The notes: generated by a model not told the origin, from the sequence alone. Shown: positions 31,181 through 46,838, numbered from the stretch's first letter. The stretch is 64,000 bases of DNA from Octopus vulgaris (GCA_951406725.2 OX597815.1:143840001-143904000); one strand, 5' to 3'. Made by a program: numbers and translations.

Positions 31181-32125
31181 AGAGGCGGCGAGTTAGCTGA
31201 ATCATATGCACGCCGGACAAAATACTCAGAGACATTTAGTCCGTCTTTACGTCCTCGGTTGAAATTCCACTGAGGTCAACGTTACGTTTCATTCCTTCGG
31301 GGTCCATAAAATAAGTACCAGTTGAGCACTGGGGTCGATTTACCCTTCCCCTAAAATTACTGGCCTTGTGCCAAAATGTGAAACTAATATAGGGACAGGG
31401 CCAAAAGCAGCGAGGTGGCAGAATCGTTAGCAGGCCGAGCTAAATACTTAGCTGTATTTCACTCGTTTTTACGTTCTGAGTTCAAACTCCACCGAGATTG
31501 ATTTTGCCTTTCATCCTTTCGGGATCGATAAAATAAGTATCAATTGAATACTGGTGGAAGGGGCGGTTCCAGAGTTGGTGTTTTGAAGGGTAAGAACTGG
31601 ACAATGAGGTGAGTGGAATATATTGGTGAGGTTGGAAATCGAAATATGGGCAAAGAGAAGAGAGGAGATGCGTGTCCAAAGATGGGGAGTGTCGGAATCA
31701 ACAGAACAACAGATACAGAATCATGTTGTACTGAGGTGGCAGAATCGTTAGCACGCCGGGCTAAATTCTTAGCTGCATTTCGCCCATTTTTACATTCTGA
31801 GTTCAAACTCCTCCGAGGTCGACTTGCCTTTCATCCTTTCGGGGTCGATAAATTACGTACCAGTTGAATACTGGGGTCGATCTAATCGACTTAACTCCTC
31901 TCCCGAAAACTGCTGGCCTTGTGCTAAAATTTCAAACCAATATTAAGGCGCCGAGTTGACAGAATTGATAGCATGCCGGACTAAATGGTTAGTAATATGT
32001 CGCCTGTCTTTACGTTCACAGTTCAAATTCCACGGAGATCGACTTTGCCTTTCATCGTTTCGGGGCCGATCAAAAAAAGAACAAGTGAAGCAGAATTTCA
32101 CACTGTGGGTATAGTAGAAAGGATT
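31181..32125 (+). mobile_element. Cluster of four same-orientation SINE family B copies
   Basis: Heads near 31183, 31407, 31733 and 31947, each followed by the tttcat..tttcgggg core. Confidence 0.85.
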
Positions 32126-32970
32126 ATTATCTGGAAGCAGGGACTGCACCGCTGGTTTCTTCGGTCCTAACGAAATCGGCGAGGCTGTCTTTAATATGTT
32201 CCTCTTGAACTTTTTCCAAACTGGTGGTTGTAAGGAATAACTGCATACAGAGTGGAAATTCCAAAGAGTTGGTGTTTTGAAAATAATGCGGTACAAATTC
32301 TTTATGGTTCAAAACATAGCGTACTTTTTACTCAACCTGATATATATATACTTGGAAGTGGGTGCGTGGCATTCGATCATATAATAACAAATTAATAAAT
32401 AAAACATATGCATACATACATATATGTACATACCTACATCTATAAGTATATATACATGCATATATGGTTACAAGACACCAAAAAAAAAACGTAGAACACA
32501 ACGAGAAACGAAAACATAAAAACAAGAACATGGAAACGGCCTTTTTCAAACAACGAAAAAACAGAGTACAAGACATACAACACAAGGAACATTCCCCTTC
32601 TTCAGCTGCCCCTGCTTCGACTACTCGGTGTTTCGAATGCCCTTACCTTCGAAACACAGAGCCATGTGGTTGGTAAGCAAGCTACTTACCGCACAGCCAC
32701 TACTATGCCTATATATATATATATATATATATACAAACACACACATACACACACACATACATACATACATACATACATACATACATACATACATACATAC
32801 ATACATACATACATACATACATTTATTATTTTTAAGCGAAAAAGGCTGGCAGTCACTTCGAAATAGACTATTTAATGAAACCGATAACCGAATTTTCTTC
32901 GTAAAAAAAATGTATGTATGTATGCATGTATATATCTATATATATGTATACACGTATGTATGTATATAGG

Positions 32971-33033
<63 letters not shown>

Positions 33034-33036
<3 letters not shown>

Positions 33037-33072
33037 CCCCAGCATGGCCACAGCTCAAGAGCTGAAACTGGA
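33034..33072 (+). mobile_element. Ultra-short 3' end of the CR1/L2-group LINE family
   Basis: gtgccccagcatggccacagctcaagagctgaaact matches 11709-11744; preceded by (TA)n. Confidence 0.8.
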
Positions 33073-33669
33073 AAACATAAACATAATCTTAAACATAAAT
33101 ATGCATGCGTATTTGTGTGTATGCATATATGTATAAATATATGTGCATATATGGATACCTATATGCGTCTGTATGTGTGTGTGTGTGTGTGTGCATGTGT
33201 ATATGTGTGTGTATGTGCATGTGCATGTGCTCGTGTGAGTACGTGTGTGTTTGAGAGTGATAGTGTGTGTGTGTGTGTGTGTGTATATACGAAAGACAGA
33301 GTGAAACAGAGATGGGTGTGTGTGTGTTATGCGCCATCTACTAGAGAGGCATTTGTTAATCTCAATATCACGATAGCAATCCTACCACACTACTATTTGT
33401 ACCATTACCCTAATATTATCTTATCAGTTAAATGGAGCTTTTAGTAGGTACAGTTAATAAAAACAGCTTATAACACACACACGCGCGCGCGCGCGCGCAC
33501 ACACACACACACACACGCGCGCACTCACACACACACACACACACACTTTCTCTCTCCCTCTTCCTCTCACTTTCTTTTTCTCACACAATCACTCATATGC
33601 ACACATACATGCATACATACACATAGAAGCGCGCGTGCGCGCACTCACTCACGCGTACACACACACAAG

Positions 33670-33725
<56 letters not shown>

Positions 33726-33727
<2 letters not shown>

Positions 33728-34072
33728 CGTAGGAGTGGCTGGGTGGTAAGTAGCATGCTTACGACCCACATGGTTCCGGGTTCAGTCCCACTGCGTGGTA
33801 ACTTGGGCAAGTGTCTTCTATTATAGAAGCCCGTTGTATATATGTATATATGTATGTGTGTGTATATGTTTGTGTCTATATTTGTCTCCCCCCCGACCCA
33901 ACTTGACAACTGATGCTGGTGTGTTTACGTCCCCGTAACTTAGCGGTCCGGCATAAGGTACCGATAGAATAAGTACTAGGCTTACAAAGAATAAGTCCTG
34001 GGGTCGATTTGCTCGACTAAAGGCGGTGCTCCAGCATGGCCGCAGTCACATGACTGAAACAAGTAAAAGAGT
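33726..34072 (+). mobile_element. SINE family A with internal deletion
   Basis: Head and tail intact; the cctcgggccgacc..gaaa segment is missing. Confidence 0.9.
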
Positions 34073-34511
34073 ATATATCGTTTATGGTATAGTAGTGACG
34101 ATTCTAAAGAAGTAGGTTCGATTCCTGAACTGGCGATACATTGTATCGTTGATCCAGGTCACTGTTTAAAAACTAGTACCAGCCTTGTACCTACCCTCCC
34201 TCCCTCTGCCCCTCCCTCTCTCTCTCTCTCTCTCCCTCTCTCTTCCTCTTTCCCTTTCTCTCTCTCTCTCTCTCTCTGTTGCTCCAGCTGTCACATCCAC
34301 TATCATCTACTGGGTTAAAAGTGAGACGTCTGAAAATGTGCCTTTGTCTGCTCGTCACCACATAGGCACCTTATGCAATTTGCGAAGGCATGGTACGTGA
34401 CAGTAAGTCATACTCGCTAGCATGTCACGACTATATTTTTGCTTTGTATTTTACCTAACACTCTGTCAGTTTTACGATATACACAGCTCATACTAAACCT
34501 TCCAAATTGCT

Positions 34512-34562
<51 letters not shown>

Positions 34563-35404
34563 CACTATTTCTCTCTCATACTATCTCTGTTCCACTCTTT
34601 TTCTCTCTCTCATTATCTCTTTCTCTCTCACACACACAATCCCTCTTTCTCTCATTATCTATTTTTCTTTCTATCTCTCAATATCTCTGTCTCACAGTAT
34701 CTCTCTTCCTCTCTTTCTCTTTCTCTCATTATCTCTTTATCTTTCTATCTCTCTAACTCTCTCTCTCTGACACTATCTTTCTTTCTCCCTTTCTCTCTCT
34801 CTCTCATTATCTCTCTCTCGCACTATCTCTCTCCTACTATCTCTATTTCGCACTATCTCTGTCTCTCCCTATTTCTCTCCCCCTCTCTTCTCCCATTCTC
34901 TCTTTTATCATTTATCTTTTACTTGCTTCAATCATTAGACTATGGCCATGCTGGGGCACCGCCTTGAAAAATTTTTAGTTGAATGTATCGACGCCAGCAT
35001 TTATGTTTTTTTAAACCTAGTACTTATTCTATGAGTCTCTTTTGCCAAACGAGGACGTAAACCAGATGTCAAGCGGTGGTGGAGAGACAAACAAAGACAC
35101 AAAAACATACGCATAGATATATACATAAGATATATAATATATATATATGTTGTTTTTTCCTTCTCGAGCCATGCCTGGCTCATGAGGGCAAGTTTCCCGG
35201 TTTCCTTGGCGTATAGGTTTCCTACCTGGACGGGACGCCGGTTCGTCGCAGGTGAGCTGCAAGATGCAGAAGGAAAGAGTGAGAGAAGGTTGTGGCGAAA
35301 GAATCAGCAGAGGTTCGCCGCGTGGAGCTTAGGTGTTTCGCTCATAAACACACCCATCGCCCGGTCTGAGATTCGAACCCGCGAATATATATATATATAT
35401 ATTT

Positions 35405-35496
<92 letters not shown>

Positions 35497-36992
35497 GATG
35501 AGCTTCTTTCAGATTCCGTCGATCAAATCCACTCACATGCCTTTGGTCAGCCCAGAGCTATAGTCACGCAGTGGGACTGAACTTGAACCATGTGGTTGGA
35601 AAGCAAGCCTCTTACAGCCATACCTGTGTCTAGAGTACTTGCTTTATATCAAACTGTCATCACAGCTTCTTCGACCATGTTTTTGTGTCACCCTCTTCCA
35701 TCTTAATCACTTTGTTGTTATACACGGCTGGTCACAATGCACTTCCCACTGTTGTAGATTTTGAATGATGGACAGGCAGGCAGGCAAGCCAATATTTCCC
35801 TTGAGCAGAAGGAACGCCAGTCCGCCTCAAGGTTACCCATTTACACTTGAGAGAACTGGAACAACGTGAAATGAACAATTTTGCTCAAGAACACAACGCA
35901 CAAGTCGTTAGAGAATCGAAACCATGATCTTTCGATCATGAGGCCAACACCCTAACCATTTGGCCACGAGCCTTCACGATGTAGATATAACTTTTGTAAG
36001 CGTACACTGTAAAAACGAGATTCTAGAAATAATGAGATAAGCAGATGGGGTAATATCAGTGTTAGTGATCTATTGAGGAATAGACTCAATGTGATGTAGC
36101 CATCAAAGACCGTTGACATCTTACCATTGCAAAAATTGGTGCTAATCGTCTAGGAGATCCCACTCTGCAACGGATGTAACTTGTGTAGAACCAGACGAAA
36201 TGAAGTGCCTTTTTGAAGAATACAACGCGTTTTTAGTTCTACGTATTGAATCCATGATCTCACGGTTGTGGTGGGCCCAACAGACACCCAGGCTACGAGG
36301 CTTTGTATTGAGAAAGATATCTTTTATCTTTTACTTGCTTCAGTCATTAGGATGCAGTCATGCTGGGGTACCGCTTTGAAGAATTTTTAGTCGAACAAAT
36401 CGACCCCAGGACCTTTTTAAACCGTAGTACTTATTTTATAAGTCGCTTTTGCCGAAACACTACGCGACAGTGACGTAAACACACCAACACCAGTTGTCAA
36501 GCGGTGGCGAAGGACAAACACACATGTCAAAGAGCGTATATGCATATGCATGTATCCATCTCTGGCATGAATACCCACACAAGCATTATCTCATTATTCC
36601 ATATTTTTATATCTACCGTGTCTTCTCTAGTATTGTTCTGTTGTTCCATACTTCGATGTCCGCTGTGTCTACCGCATTCTTGTCCTTCCGTTGTTCCATA
36701 CTTTCATGGATATGATATGAAGATTCTGACCTTGGTCAGATGTTGAGTTTTTAATGTATCCTAGTTGTTGTTTTCGTTACTGTTGTTATTGTTGTTAATG
36801 CTATTCTTGTTTCTGTTGTTCTTACTGTTGTTACTATTGTATCTGTTTTAATTGCTATTGTTGTTTTTACTGTTGTTGCTGTCTCTGTTTCTGTTGTTAT
36901 TTGTTGTTATTTGTTGTTTGTGTTGTTGTTGTTGTTGTTATTATTATGTTGTCTCCTCTTTACTCGCTTTAGAAACCTATCTCAGTTACACA

Positions 36993-37026
<34 letters not shown>

Positions 37027-37599
37027 GGAACATTTACAATGACACATACACTAACACACACACACACGCGCACACACACACGCGCACACACACACGCATA
37101 CTCACACACGCACGCACACACACACACACACACACAGAAGTCGACATAATTGATTGGCAAACGCTCTTAGTTTTAATGACCCCCTTGAGATCAACCAATA
37201 CTGACCAATGGCAACGACAACAACTATAACGGCCACACTTGACCATCATTGAGCACTGAACGCCAGCAGCAGCGGCAACAACAGCAGCAGCAGTTGTACC
37301 AGCAACAACAGCAGCAGCTAATTGTACTAGCAGCAGCAGCTGTAGCAGCAGCAACAGACACAGTCGGAAATTCCAGTAAATGATAGCGGGAAATGGAAAC
37401 GAAATGGCTTTCATATTCAAATATTTTTGCTCTTGTTGTTGTTCTTGTTGCTGTTGTTGAAATTGTAATGATAATCTCTTCTATATTATTCTACAAGTTA
37501 AGGATATTACAGGGGCAGGTTACAAGAAGTAGATGCTTATACAGAGTGCTGTTCTAGTTAGTATACAAACATGTGATCGAATCCTCAGAGAGGAGATTA

Positions 37600-38025
37600 C
37601 TCAACGATTTCAAATTCTGACACAAGGCAAGCAAGCCTAGCAACATCGAGAAAGGGTCATTTTATCGACCCTGAAAAGAAGAAAAGGAAAGTCGACCGCG
37701 GTGGAGTTTGAACTCAGAATCTAAGCGACGGACGAAATACTGCTGCGCAGTTTCTCCAGTGTGCTAAAGGTTCTGCCAGTTGGCCGCATTAGTACACCTG
37801 CAAATAATAAGGATTTCAAATACTTTCAAGTTTTGGCCCAAGGTTAGCAATTTCAAGGGAAGGTTGGAGTAGTAGGTTACATCGACCCCAGGACTAGGTT
37901 GATTCTTTTACCGACCCCGAAAGGATGTAAGGCGAAGTTGACCACGGCAGGATTTGAACCCAGAGAGTGGAGTTGGTAGAAATGCTGCTAAACATTTTAT
38001 CCCGCGCCCTAACAGTTCTGCCATG
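37600..38025 (-). mobile_element. Two SINE family B copies
   Basis: Two reverse-complemented cores (cgacccYgaaa..gaaaagg/gtaagg..). Confidence 0.75.
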
Positions 38026-38179
38026 TCATCTAATAATACTGATTTTTTTTGATTCGCGGGCGTCGGATGAAGAGATCATTACAGGACAGATTATATATGA
38101 TGTGGGTAAAATCGATGAAGAAGATAATAAAATATCCAAATACATGAATACGTGGATGATAAAGCCCATTCGATTCTTC

Positions 38180-38670
38180 TACTAGGGCCAGTCAAGGAAT
38201 CTAACAGATTCAAGATCGACCTGATCACCAAAGGTACATGCTCTCTCTCAAATGTTCTTTGATCTACAGGCGCAAGCTTAGAGTAGTTCCTTTCATATTT
38301 ACCATTTTCGCCACAGTTACCCACCTTTTGGCAAAGGAAAGCAGAACTTGAAAAAGCTTGCGAGACATGTCATTAGTCCTTTAGTCTCGTTCTCTATACA
38401 ACCTTTTGCACTAGACCCACCAGAGGAAAACGGCCGGTAATCCTCAAAATGGACACGGCCCATAGCAGAGTTCACAACAACAGCTGTCTGATATTACTCC
38501 ACAGATCAGTAATGCTGAGACTGTGAAAAAGTGTATGACAAACGGTTTTGCTGCTGTGCATGCATCACTGACTCATCCACGTGACTGCAGCGCTGGGCAT
38601 GAAGAATACCTTTCGAACAGGAGGTGACCTTGGGTAGCACTGACAGGCTAAGGATTTCTGGAACGTATTC
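38180..38670 (-). mobile_element. Decayed L1/Tx1-like ORF2 C-terminus
   Basis: Broken C..C..TV.H.LF.. zinc-knuckle region with LW..I.QLL, ending FAKRWVTVAKMV. Confidence 0.5.
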
Positions 38671-38727
38671 ATAGTAGTACCCAACCCATAAAGTTTCCTC
38701 GAGTTATATAATCGCTCTTTTCCACCA

Positions 38728-38807
<80 letters not shown>

Positions 38808-38981
38808 ATATATATGTATTTATATATATATATATATATATATACATACATACATACATACATACATACATACATACATACATACATACATACATACATA
38901 CATACATACATACATACATACATACATACATAATGTATGTATGTATGTATGTATGTATGTATGTATGTATGTATGTATGTA

Positions 38982-39310
38982 TCAGTGGTTAGAGTGTCGG
39001 GTTTATGATTGTGAGGTTGTGGGATCGATTCCCGGACTGGGCTGTGTTTTCTATTCTTGAGCAAGACCCTTTATTTCGCGTCACTGTAGTTCACTCAGCT
39101 GTAGAAATGAGTTGTGACGTCACTGGTGCCAAGTTGTATCGGCCTTTGCCTCTTTCCTAGGGCAACATCGGTGGCACGAAGAAAGGAGACGCGAATGCAT
39201 GGGCGACTGCTGGTCTTCCACAAAAACAACCTTGCCCGGACTTGTACCTCGAAGATGAATTTTCTATCTGCAATCCCATGGACACTCGTGACCGAAGGGG
39301 GTCTTTACCC
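38982..39310 (+). mobile_element. tRNA-derived SINE family C, full length
   Basis: Collinear with 24443-24722; tail ends in tttaccc repeats. Confidence 0.87.
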
Positions 39311-39569
39311 TTTACCCTTTCTTCTTTATATATTATATAATTCTCTGTATATAACTCATAATGCTAGCATGGTACTTCAACTGGTAACACAGTTCGACTG
39401 GTAGAGGGCGGTGAACGCCTCGATAACAATTCAATAATAAAATTGATTATAAAAGTGAAGTGGAGGGACTCCTGGTAATAGTAGTGTCCATCGGTCGGCG
39501 ATGGCAGTAGTGGTCGCGGTAGTAATTAGCTTTCATGTTCAATTATTTCCGTTACTGCTTTTCTTCTTC

Positions 39570-39587
39570 GACTACTACTACTACTAC

Positions 39588-39635
<48 letters not shown>

Positions 39636-39664
39636 AAGTGGTGGTGTTAGTAGAAGTAGTAGTA

Positions 39665-39734
<70 letters not shown>

Positions 39735-39900
39735 TAGTAGTAGTTGTTGTATTCTTATTCTTGTGCTGATGATTGTGGTAGTGATATTGGTTAATGTGGT
39801 GATGATGGTCATCGTCGTCGTCGTCGTCGTAGTGAGTGGTGGTCGTGGTAGCAATGATGACGTTGGTGCTAGCGGTGGTAGTTGTGGTGGTGTCGATAGC
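39570..39900. repeat. Compound (CTA)n/(TAG)n/(TGG)/(GTC) trinucleotide tract
   Basis: Read directly from the sequence. Confidence 0.95.
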
Positions 39901-40171
39901 AACAATTGTTTTAATTGTTCCATCAATGTCCGTGTCCATATCTGACCTCCTTTAGCCACATGCATTATCAATAGGTGGCCACCACCACCAGTATTGTTGT
40001 GGTATTACCATATACACCATACAGCAATGGAATGATACATTTGGCGTCTCAGAGGACTTTCATTTATTATGTAACGTGATATCGTAAGACACACAGACAT
40101 ATACAACCGAGTAATCTGTGGGTGTATTTGTATATATATTTTGTGTATGTGCTATGTATATATATATATAT

Positions 40172-40274
<103 letters not shown>

Positions 40275-40894
40275 TGTTTCTTTATTAGCCACACAGGGCT
40301 GCACACAGATAGAACAAATTACAAGGTAGAGCTTTTCTTTTGTAGGTAAAAAAAAAGGGAGTGGTGGTTTTCGATCAAAAGGGATCGTAAAAGGAAAGAA
40401 AGAGGACTAAAAAAAGGAGGGGTTAATAAAAAAAAAAAAAAAAAGGTGGGGGGAGAGCAAAAAAATTGATCAATAGGGATCGTTATCACAGAAATGTCAA
40501 TATGAAGTGTAAAGGGGAGAACAGGTGAGGTTTACCCGTGGAAAGAAAAGCCTACGGAAAAGACCACGGTAACCTCGGTCAATGAAGTCACATGTTATAT
40601 TTCTTTTTTTTTTTGCAAATAAGCAACTCTCTGTATTAATTTTTACGGTTCATAGAATCATAGTCAAGGTGGCTTCGTCATTCATATGTGCCATCCTTGC
40701 TATATTCACCCATCTTTTTTTAAAACATTCACTAGACAAAACTTGCCTCTCTACTCTCACTTTCCTCTTCAAGTGATACTTGAAAGATAGATAGATAGAT
40801 AGATATGCAAACATATTCTAATAACATCTTCAGCTCTTTTTATATTAATTCTTCATCATCCTCATCGAGATCGTCGTCGTCTTAGTCATCGTCG

Positions 40895-40945
<51 letters not shown>

Positions 40946-41181
40946 CCACCATCATATATTATTGGCAGAATTGTAAGCATACCGGACAAAATGATTTGCG
41001 GCATTTCATCCGTCTTTACGTTCTGAATTGCCTTTCCTCCTTTCGGGGTCGATAAAAAGAGTACCAGCTGAGCACTGGAGTCAATCTAATCGATTTACCC
41101 CGCACCCCATCAACTTGCTGACCTGGTGCCAAAATTTGAAACCATGGTTAAGTATATATATTGTATATATGCATATATATA

Positions 41182-41275
<94 letters not shown>

Positions 41276-41460
41276 TGTATGTATGTATGTATGTACGACT
41301 GGCTTCTTTCAGTTTCCGCCAATCAAATCCATTCACAAGGCTTTGGTCGGCTCGAGGCTATAGTAGAAGTCACTTGCCTAAGGTGTCACACAGTGGAATG
41401 AAAACCCGGAACCATGTGGTTGGTAAGCAAGCTGCTTACCACACAGTCACTCCCGTGCCA

Positions 41461-41500
<40 letters not shown>

Positions 41501-41576
41501 CAAAATGTGACCGCGTGTGTACCGTTGGCGATTTTTTCCCTCTGTCTTCCCTTCTCTGGATCTTTCCTTCTCCTAT

Positions 41577-41612
41577 GTTTCCGACGAAGAGCTCCGCTCG
41601 AAACGTTAAAAC
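41577..41612 (+). ncRNA. Variant minimal hammerhead motif, second copy of 22080-22114
   Basis: GTTT / CCGACGA+A / GAGC-TCC-GCTC / GAAACGTTA / AAAC. Confidence 0.6.
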
Positions 41613-41737
41613 CCTCCTTCTTTCCTTCTTTCCTGAGCGTCCAATAATACTATATTCGTTCCACGTCCTCGCGTTGTTGTGTTTTTTGTGCTTTCTTGTT
41701 TGGATTAACGTTTTATATATATATATATATATATATA

Positions 41738-41968
41738 TTTCTTTACTACCCACAAGGGGCTAAACACAGAGGGGACAAACAAGGACAGACAAAGGGATTA
41801 AGTCGATTATATCGACCCCAGTGCGTAACTGGTACTTAATTTATCGACCTCGAAAGGATGAAAGGCAAAGTCGACCTCGGCGGAATTTGAACTAAATAAG
41901 TACCGACGGGCGAAATGCCGCTAAGCATTCCGTTCTGCGTGCTAACGATTCTGCCAGCTCGCCGCCTT
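41738..41968 (-). mobile_element. SINE family B monomer
   Basis: Reverse complement of the first unit of 51528-52105. Confidence 0.9.
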
Positions 41969-41971
41969 TAA

Positions 41972-42076
<105 letters not shown>

Positions 42077-42140
42077 TATATAAAAGGAAAAGTTTACGAA
42101 AATAAACAAAAGACGAAGGCAGGTGGTGTACAAACAAACA

Positions 42141-42236
<96 letters not shown>

Positions 42237-42657
42237 TATAATGGGTAATACTACATGTACTTTTTATATATTTTTTTATTGTGATGTAATCTTGGACTAA
42301 AAATCTTTGCGGCGGAGGAGAGCTTTAAACCATCTTTTATATCATTAATACATCGATGTAATAACGGATTGTTTATAAAGTTTGAAACACGTGTACATTA
42401 ATACATACACACATACATGCATACATACAGACAGACAGACAGACAGAGATGACAGACAATCAGATAGAGGGAAGGAGCGAGAGAAATGTGATTAGTTGCG
42501 GATAGGCACACATATATGTATATATCCTCAGAGACAGACACAGACACAGACAAACGGACGGACGAACGGACGGACAGACAGACAGACAGACAGAACTACA
42601 GACAGACAAACAGACAGACCGACAGACAGACAGACACATAGAGACAGACAGACAGAC

Positions 42658-42735
<78 letters not shown>

Positions 42736-42949
42736 CAAACAGTTATAAAATGTATCGGGTAAAAATAGTTATGTTAGAAAAAGCTACTCGACAGTTTTAA
42801 ATCGTTAACAATATATTGATAAAATCAACAATAGGAAGGTTTAAAAAAAGATTATTTCAGTTCTCAAAATAACTTGTATATTCTGATTGCGTAAAAATAT
42901 ATAGAAGCAAAATATTACAAAGTTATTCTCGATATTAGTAAAATTTCGT

Positions 42950-43645
42950 GATTTTCCAAGGAGGAAGATCTCGGAGATTCTGAGTTGGGACCATACGAGT
43001 ACTACGCCATGAATTATAATGCAAAAAGGACGCTGTGATCAACCAAGTAAGGAAGGAAACGATCACAAACCGCTATGTGAATTTTCGTTCAATGTGTTTC
43101 ATTTGAGAGGATTTTTAGGATGAGGGGAAAATAGGATGTACAGAACTTTGGTCATAGGAAACGGTCTGAATTTTTTTTTCACTCTTTTCCACAACAGGAT
43201 TGTCAGAGTTCTGCAAACCTAAAGCCCTAAAGCGTTATAAAATGAAAGAGAATAGCCTGTGTAAATGCGGGAAGGTTGGAATGATGAGGAACATAATTTC
43301 CAAGCGTAATGCACGGATGCACATGGTGATATAATCAAGTGCTTAGAACACTGACTGACACTGCGAAGGAAAGGGCTAAGAGAGATCTAACGATAGCGAG
43401 AGGCCTCGAGAAGTGGGACTGAACTCGGAGCCATGTGGTTGGTAAGCAAGCTACTTACCACACAGCCACTCCTACGCCTATAGTCATCAACATCGATGAG
43501 TGGTGCCACATAGCTCTGATGTCGCCGTGGACGACGCTGAAATATCTACAAAACTACTTCACCGCCTGATGAGACACCGACTCCTGCATTCGGAGATGGA
43601 GTACACCAACATCTTCAGTGTTTGGCCGTTTGCCCCTTGGAACCT

Positions 43646-43730
<85 letters not shown>

Positions 43731-45250
43731 CAGACAGAGAAAAAAACATAAAAGCCTGTTCATATTCAGGCTTTTTAAGCATTAATTTTTGTGTCTACTG
43801 TGAACCTAAAAATGCTCGCTGAAAAATTCAGTTTAATATACAGCACATAAAACAAATAAAAAAAGGCCAATGTAATCACATGGCAAAATGCAAACATTTG
43901 CAAGAATATAATGATTTCTTTTTTTTTTTCTTTTTCAAAGTAAACACAAACAGTGAATTAGAGATTCGTGATGATATGGTTAAGAACAGCAACAACAGCA
44001 TTCTCACGCAAAGAAAATATTGAAATATTAAAAATACGGTTAATATCGATAAAGCACTTTTGTAATGATATGGATTTGAGTATAGATTTAATCCGGTCAA
44101 AAACAGAATTATTGCCATAAAAGAGTGTGATCCTCACCTAGGAAATCTATCGAAGAACAAGAGAAAAATGGTATACCTCTACTTCGCATAAAGCAATGAG
44201 TGCGTTCATTACGCCTTCAAAGAGAAACTATGGAACAGTGTACGTCCATTGATTGGGATAAATTGAATGGATTTGCCTGCTTGAGCTCTAAAATCGAGAT
44301 AGAAGCGAGGTGATAAGCAATGATAATATGACATAGATCTGTCCTTAAACTAATACCACAATACATGGCCAACACTGTTCAAAGTTGACATTCAAATACA
44401 TTAGTAGTAGCATCGACTTTAGATCATTGTCCCTTTTGTAACGGAACATGAGATGGTTAATGGTGCAGAGATCATGAAAAATGGCATGTAGTCGGAAGAA
44501 TCAGAATGGAATAACAACGTCTATTGATCCTAGAAAACCATAGCCGCTGTTCCATAGCTGTGTCCTGTCTTGGTGCGGAAATAAAAGCAATGAAGCTGGC
44601 AATACAGAACAAAAAAAAAACAGAACAGTTACAGCTGAGTTTTCTGTTCTCAGGAATTAGAGAAAGAAAAAGAGCAGTGACCAGTAAGAGAATCGGTAGC
44701 AACAACAGGTCCCTGATGCTACTCTTCTAACATCAGTACCAATCGCACTCTTGAATAGAAATTCCAAGAATAATCTAAAACACTACCGCCATCTCAGGTG
44801 TCCCATTCTCCCGTCATAAACAATAACGTGATCCTCATCATCTTTGTTCAAAGAAGAGGATATGGAGAAAGAACAGAGACAAAAACTGTCGAGGGAAGAA
44901 CGAGGAGTAGAAAAAGGAAAACAAAAGACTTCAGGAAGAAAAGTCACCCCCAAAAGAAGGCATGAAGAACAGGTAAAACAAGGTCTACATCTATGCCGGA
45001 AGTAATCAGAATTACGAAACCCACAACGCTTTCGGAAACTATATCGTTCACAATACTGAAAACATCTAAGAGGATGTCGTGAAATCCCAAAAAGAACAGA
45101 GGTGGAAAAAGCGGAATCGACCAAGAAGTAATTTGTGAAGAAATGAAGGTACAATACAGAAAACACTCAAAGGATAGAGACTGCTGCTAAAACTCATACC
45201 AACAGACCATAAACGAGTATACCCGAGCTTTCAGAGCTCCATTTTACCCA
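42950..45250 (+). mobile_element. Probable heavily decayed I-group LINE (RT plus RNase H), interrupted by a SINE head and (GA)n
   Basis: Weak, frameshifted hints only: G.P.E.Y and K.G.D..NFR.. near 42970-43095, and an RNase H-like AEIKAMKLAIQ at ~44575. Confidence 0.4.
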
Positions 45251-45697
45251 CCGATGAGAACAACTCACAGGATTGTTACAGAACGACCTGAATAACAGCC
45301 GGAATATTGGTGAGGGAATTCTGATAGAGGACTTAGTTGATGGATTTCCACCAGGGTGTGTGTGCGTCTTGGGGATTATCCTAAAATGTTTTTCATGTTG
45401 TTTTTCATGTATATCTCGTTATTTGAGTAACTTTTTAAAGATAGTATTCGTATATAATTATTAGTAATTTTATGCGTTTAATTTATGTCCACATTTCCAA
45501 AATGTCCTTCCACACACACCCACACACACACATGCGCACGCACGCACACACACACACATTTATATTGTATAATGTGTTTGTGTTTCTCTTAGTATTTCTA
45601 TAATATTATTTGTCCATCCATTCGTTTTTCAACGCCTATGTATAAAGTTATTATTGCATGTATGAAAAGGCCCTGGTAGCAATGATAAAATAAACTA

Positions 45698-45732
<35 letters not shown>

Positions 45733-46079
45733 ATTATTATTGTTGTTGTTGTTGTTGTTGTTGTTGTTATTATATAATTACAAATATAGAAATCAATATC
45801 ATACTAATACATTTTTGTATTTTTCAACTCAAAAAAAAAAATAGCATTTCTTGTGAATTGTGGACATTTTTTTTTTTGAAGATATCTTTGCATTGGCAAA
45901 TAAAGATTCTTGTCTAGAAGTGATCGCTTCTCACGCTTTCAGGTTGTTACGTAGTAGCAAATCCAAGCATTAACACACACATACACACAAAATACAAATG
46001 AATATACAGAGATATCTAGAAAATTAGCATGATTGCTAACATTCCAGGATGATGTTAAATATTACACAATGTGTGTGTG

Positions 46080-46192
<113 letters not shown>

Positions 46193-46205
46193 TTATGTAT
46201 ATATG

Positions 46206-46269
<64 letters not shown>

Positions 46270-46362
46270 TATATATATATGTATATATTTATATATATGT
46301 ATATATATATATATTATATATATATATATATATATGTACATATATATATGTATATATTTATA

Positions 46363-46415
<53 letters not shown>

Positions 46416-46519
46416 ATACATACATACATATACACATACACACACACATATGTATATATAACACTCTGCGTATATATTCTTCCATAGTAATAGTCTACAT
46501 GGTGTATGTGTGTGTGTGT

Positions 46520-46555
<36 letters not shown>

Positions 46556-46838
46556 ATGCATGTATATATTTATTTATGTATGTATACATAAATGTTATAT
46601 AGTATATGGTATATAAACATAGAATGCTTGAAACACTATTATATACATGGAAACCTATATACGCAGAATGTTACGTTCTGAGAATGTGAATGCAGCGATT
46701 TTTTCAAAAGCTGAAACAGATAATGATAATGATGATGATGATGATGATGGGAGTAATAATGGTTCCTTTATTTTTTAATGGTAGTAATAATAACAATAAT
46801 ATGTCTTGGTTATATATATATGTATTATATATATATAT

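Noticed and set aside
32595-32657. Type II hammerhead on the minus strand (GAAA..GTA..CTGAAGA)
   Set aside because: Helix I cannot form between the triplet and the core; only the 10-bp junction hairpin is kept.
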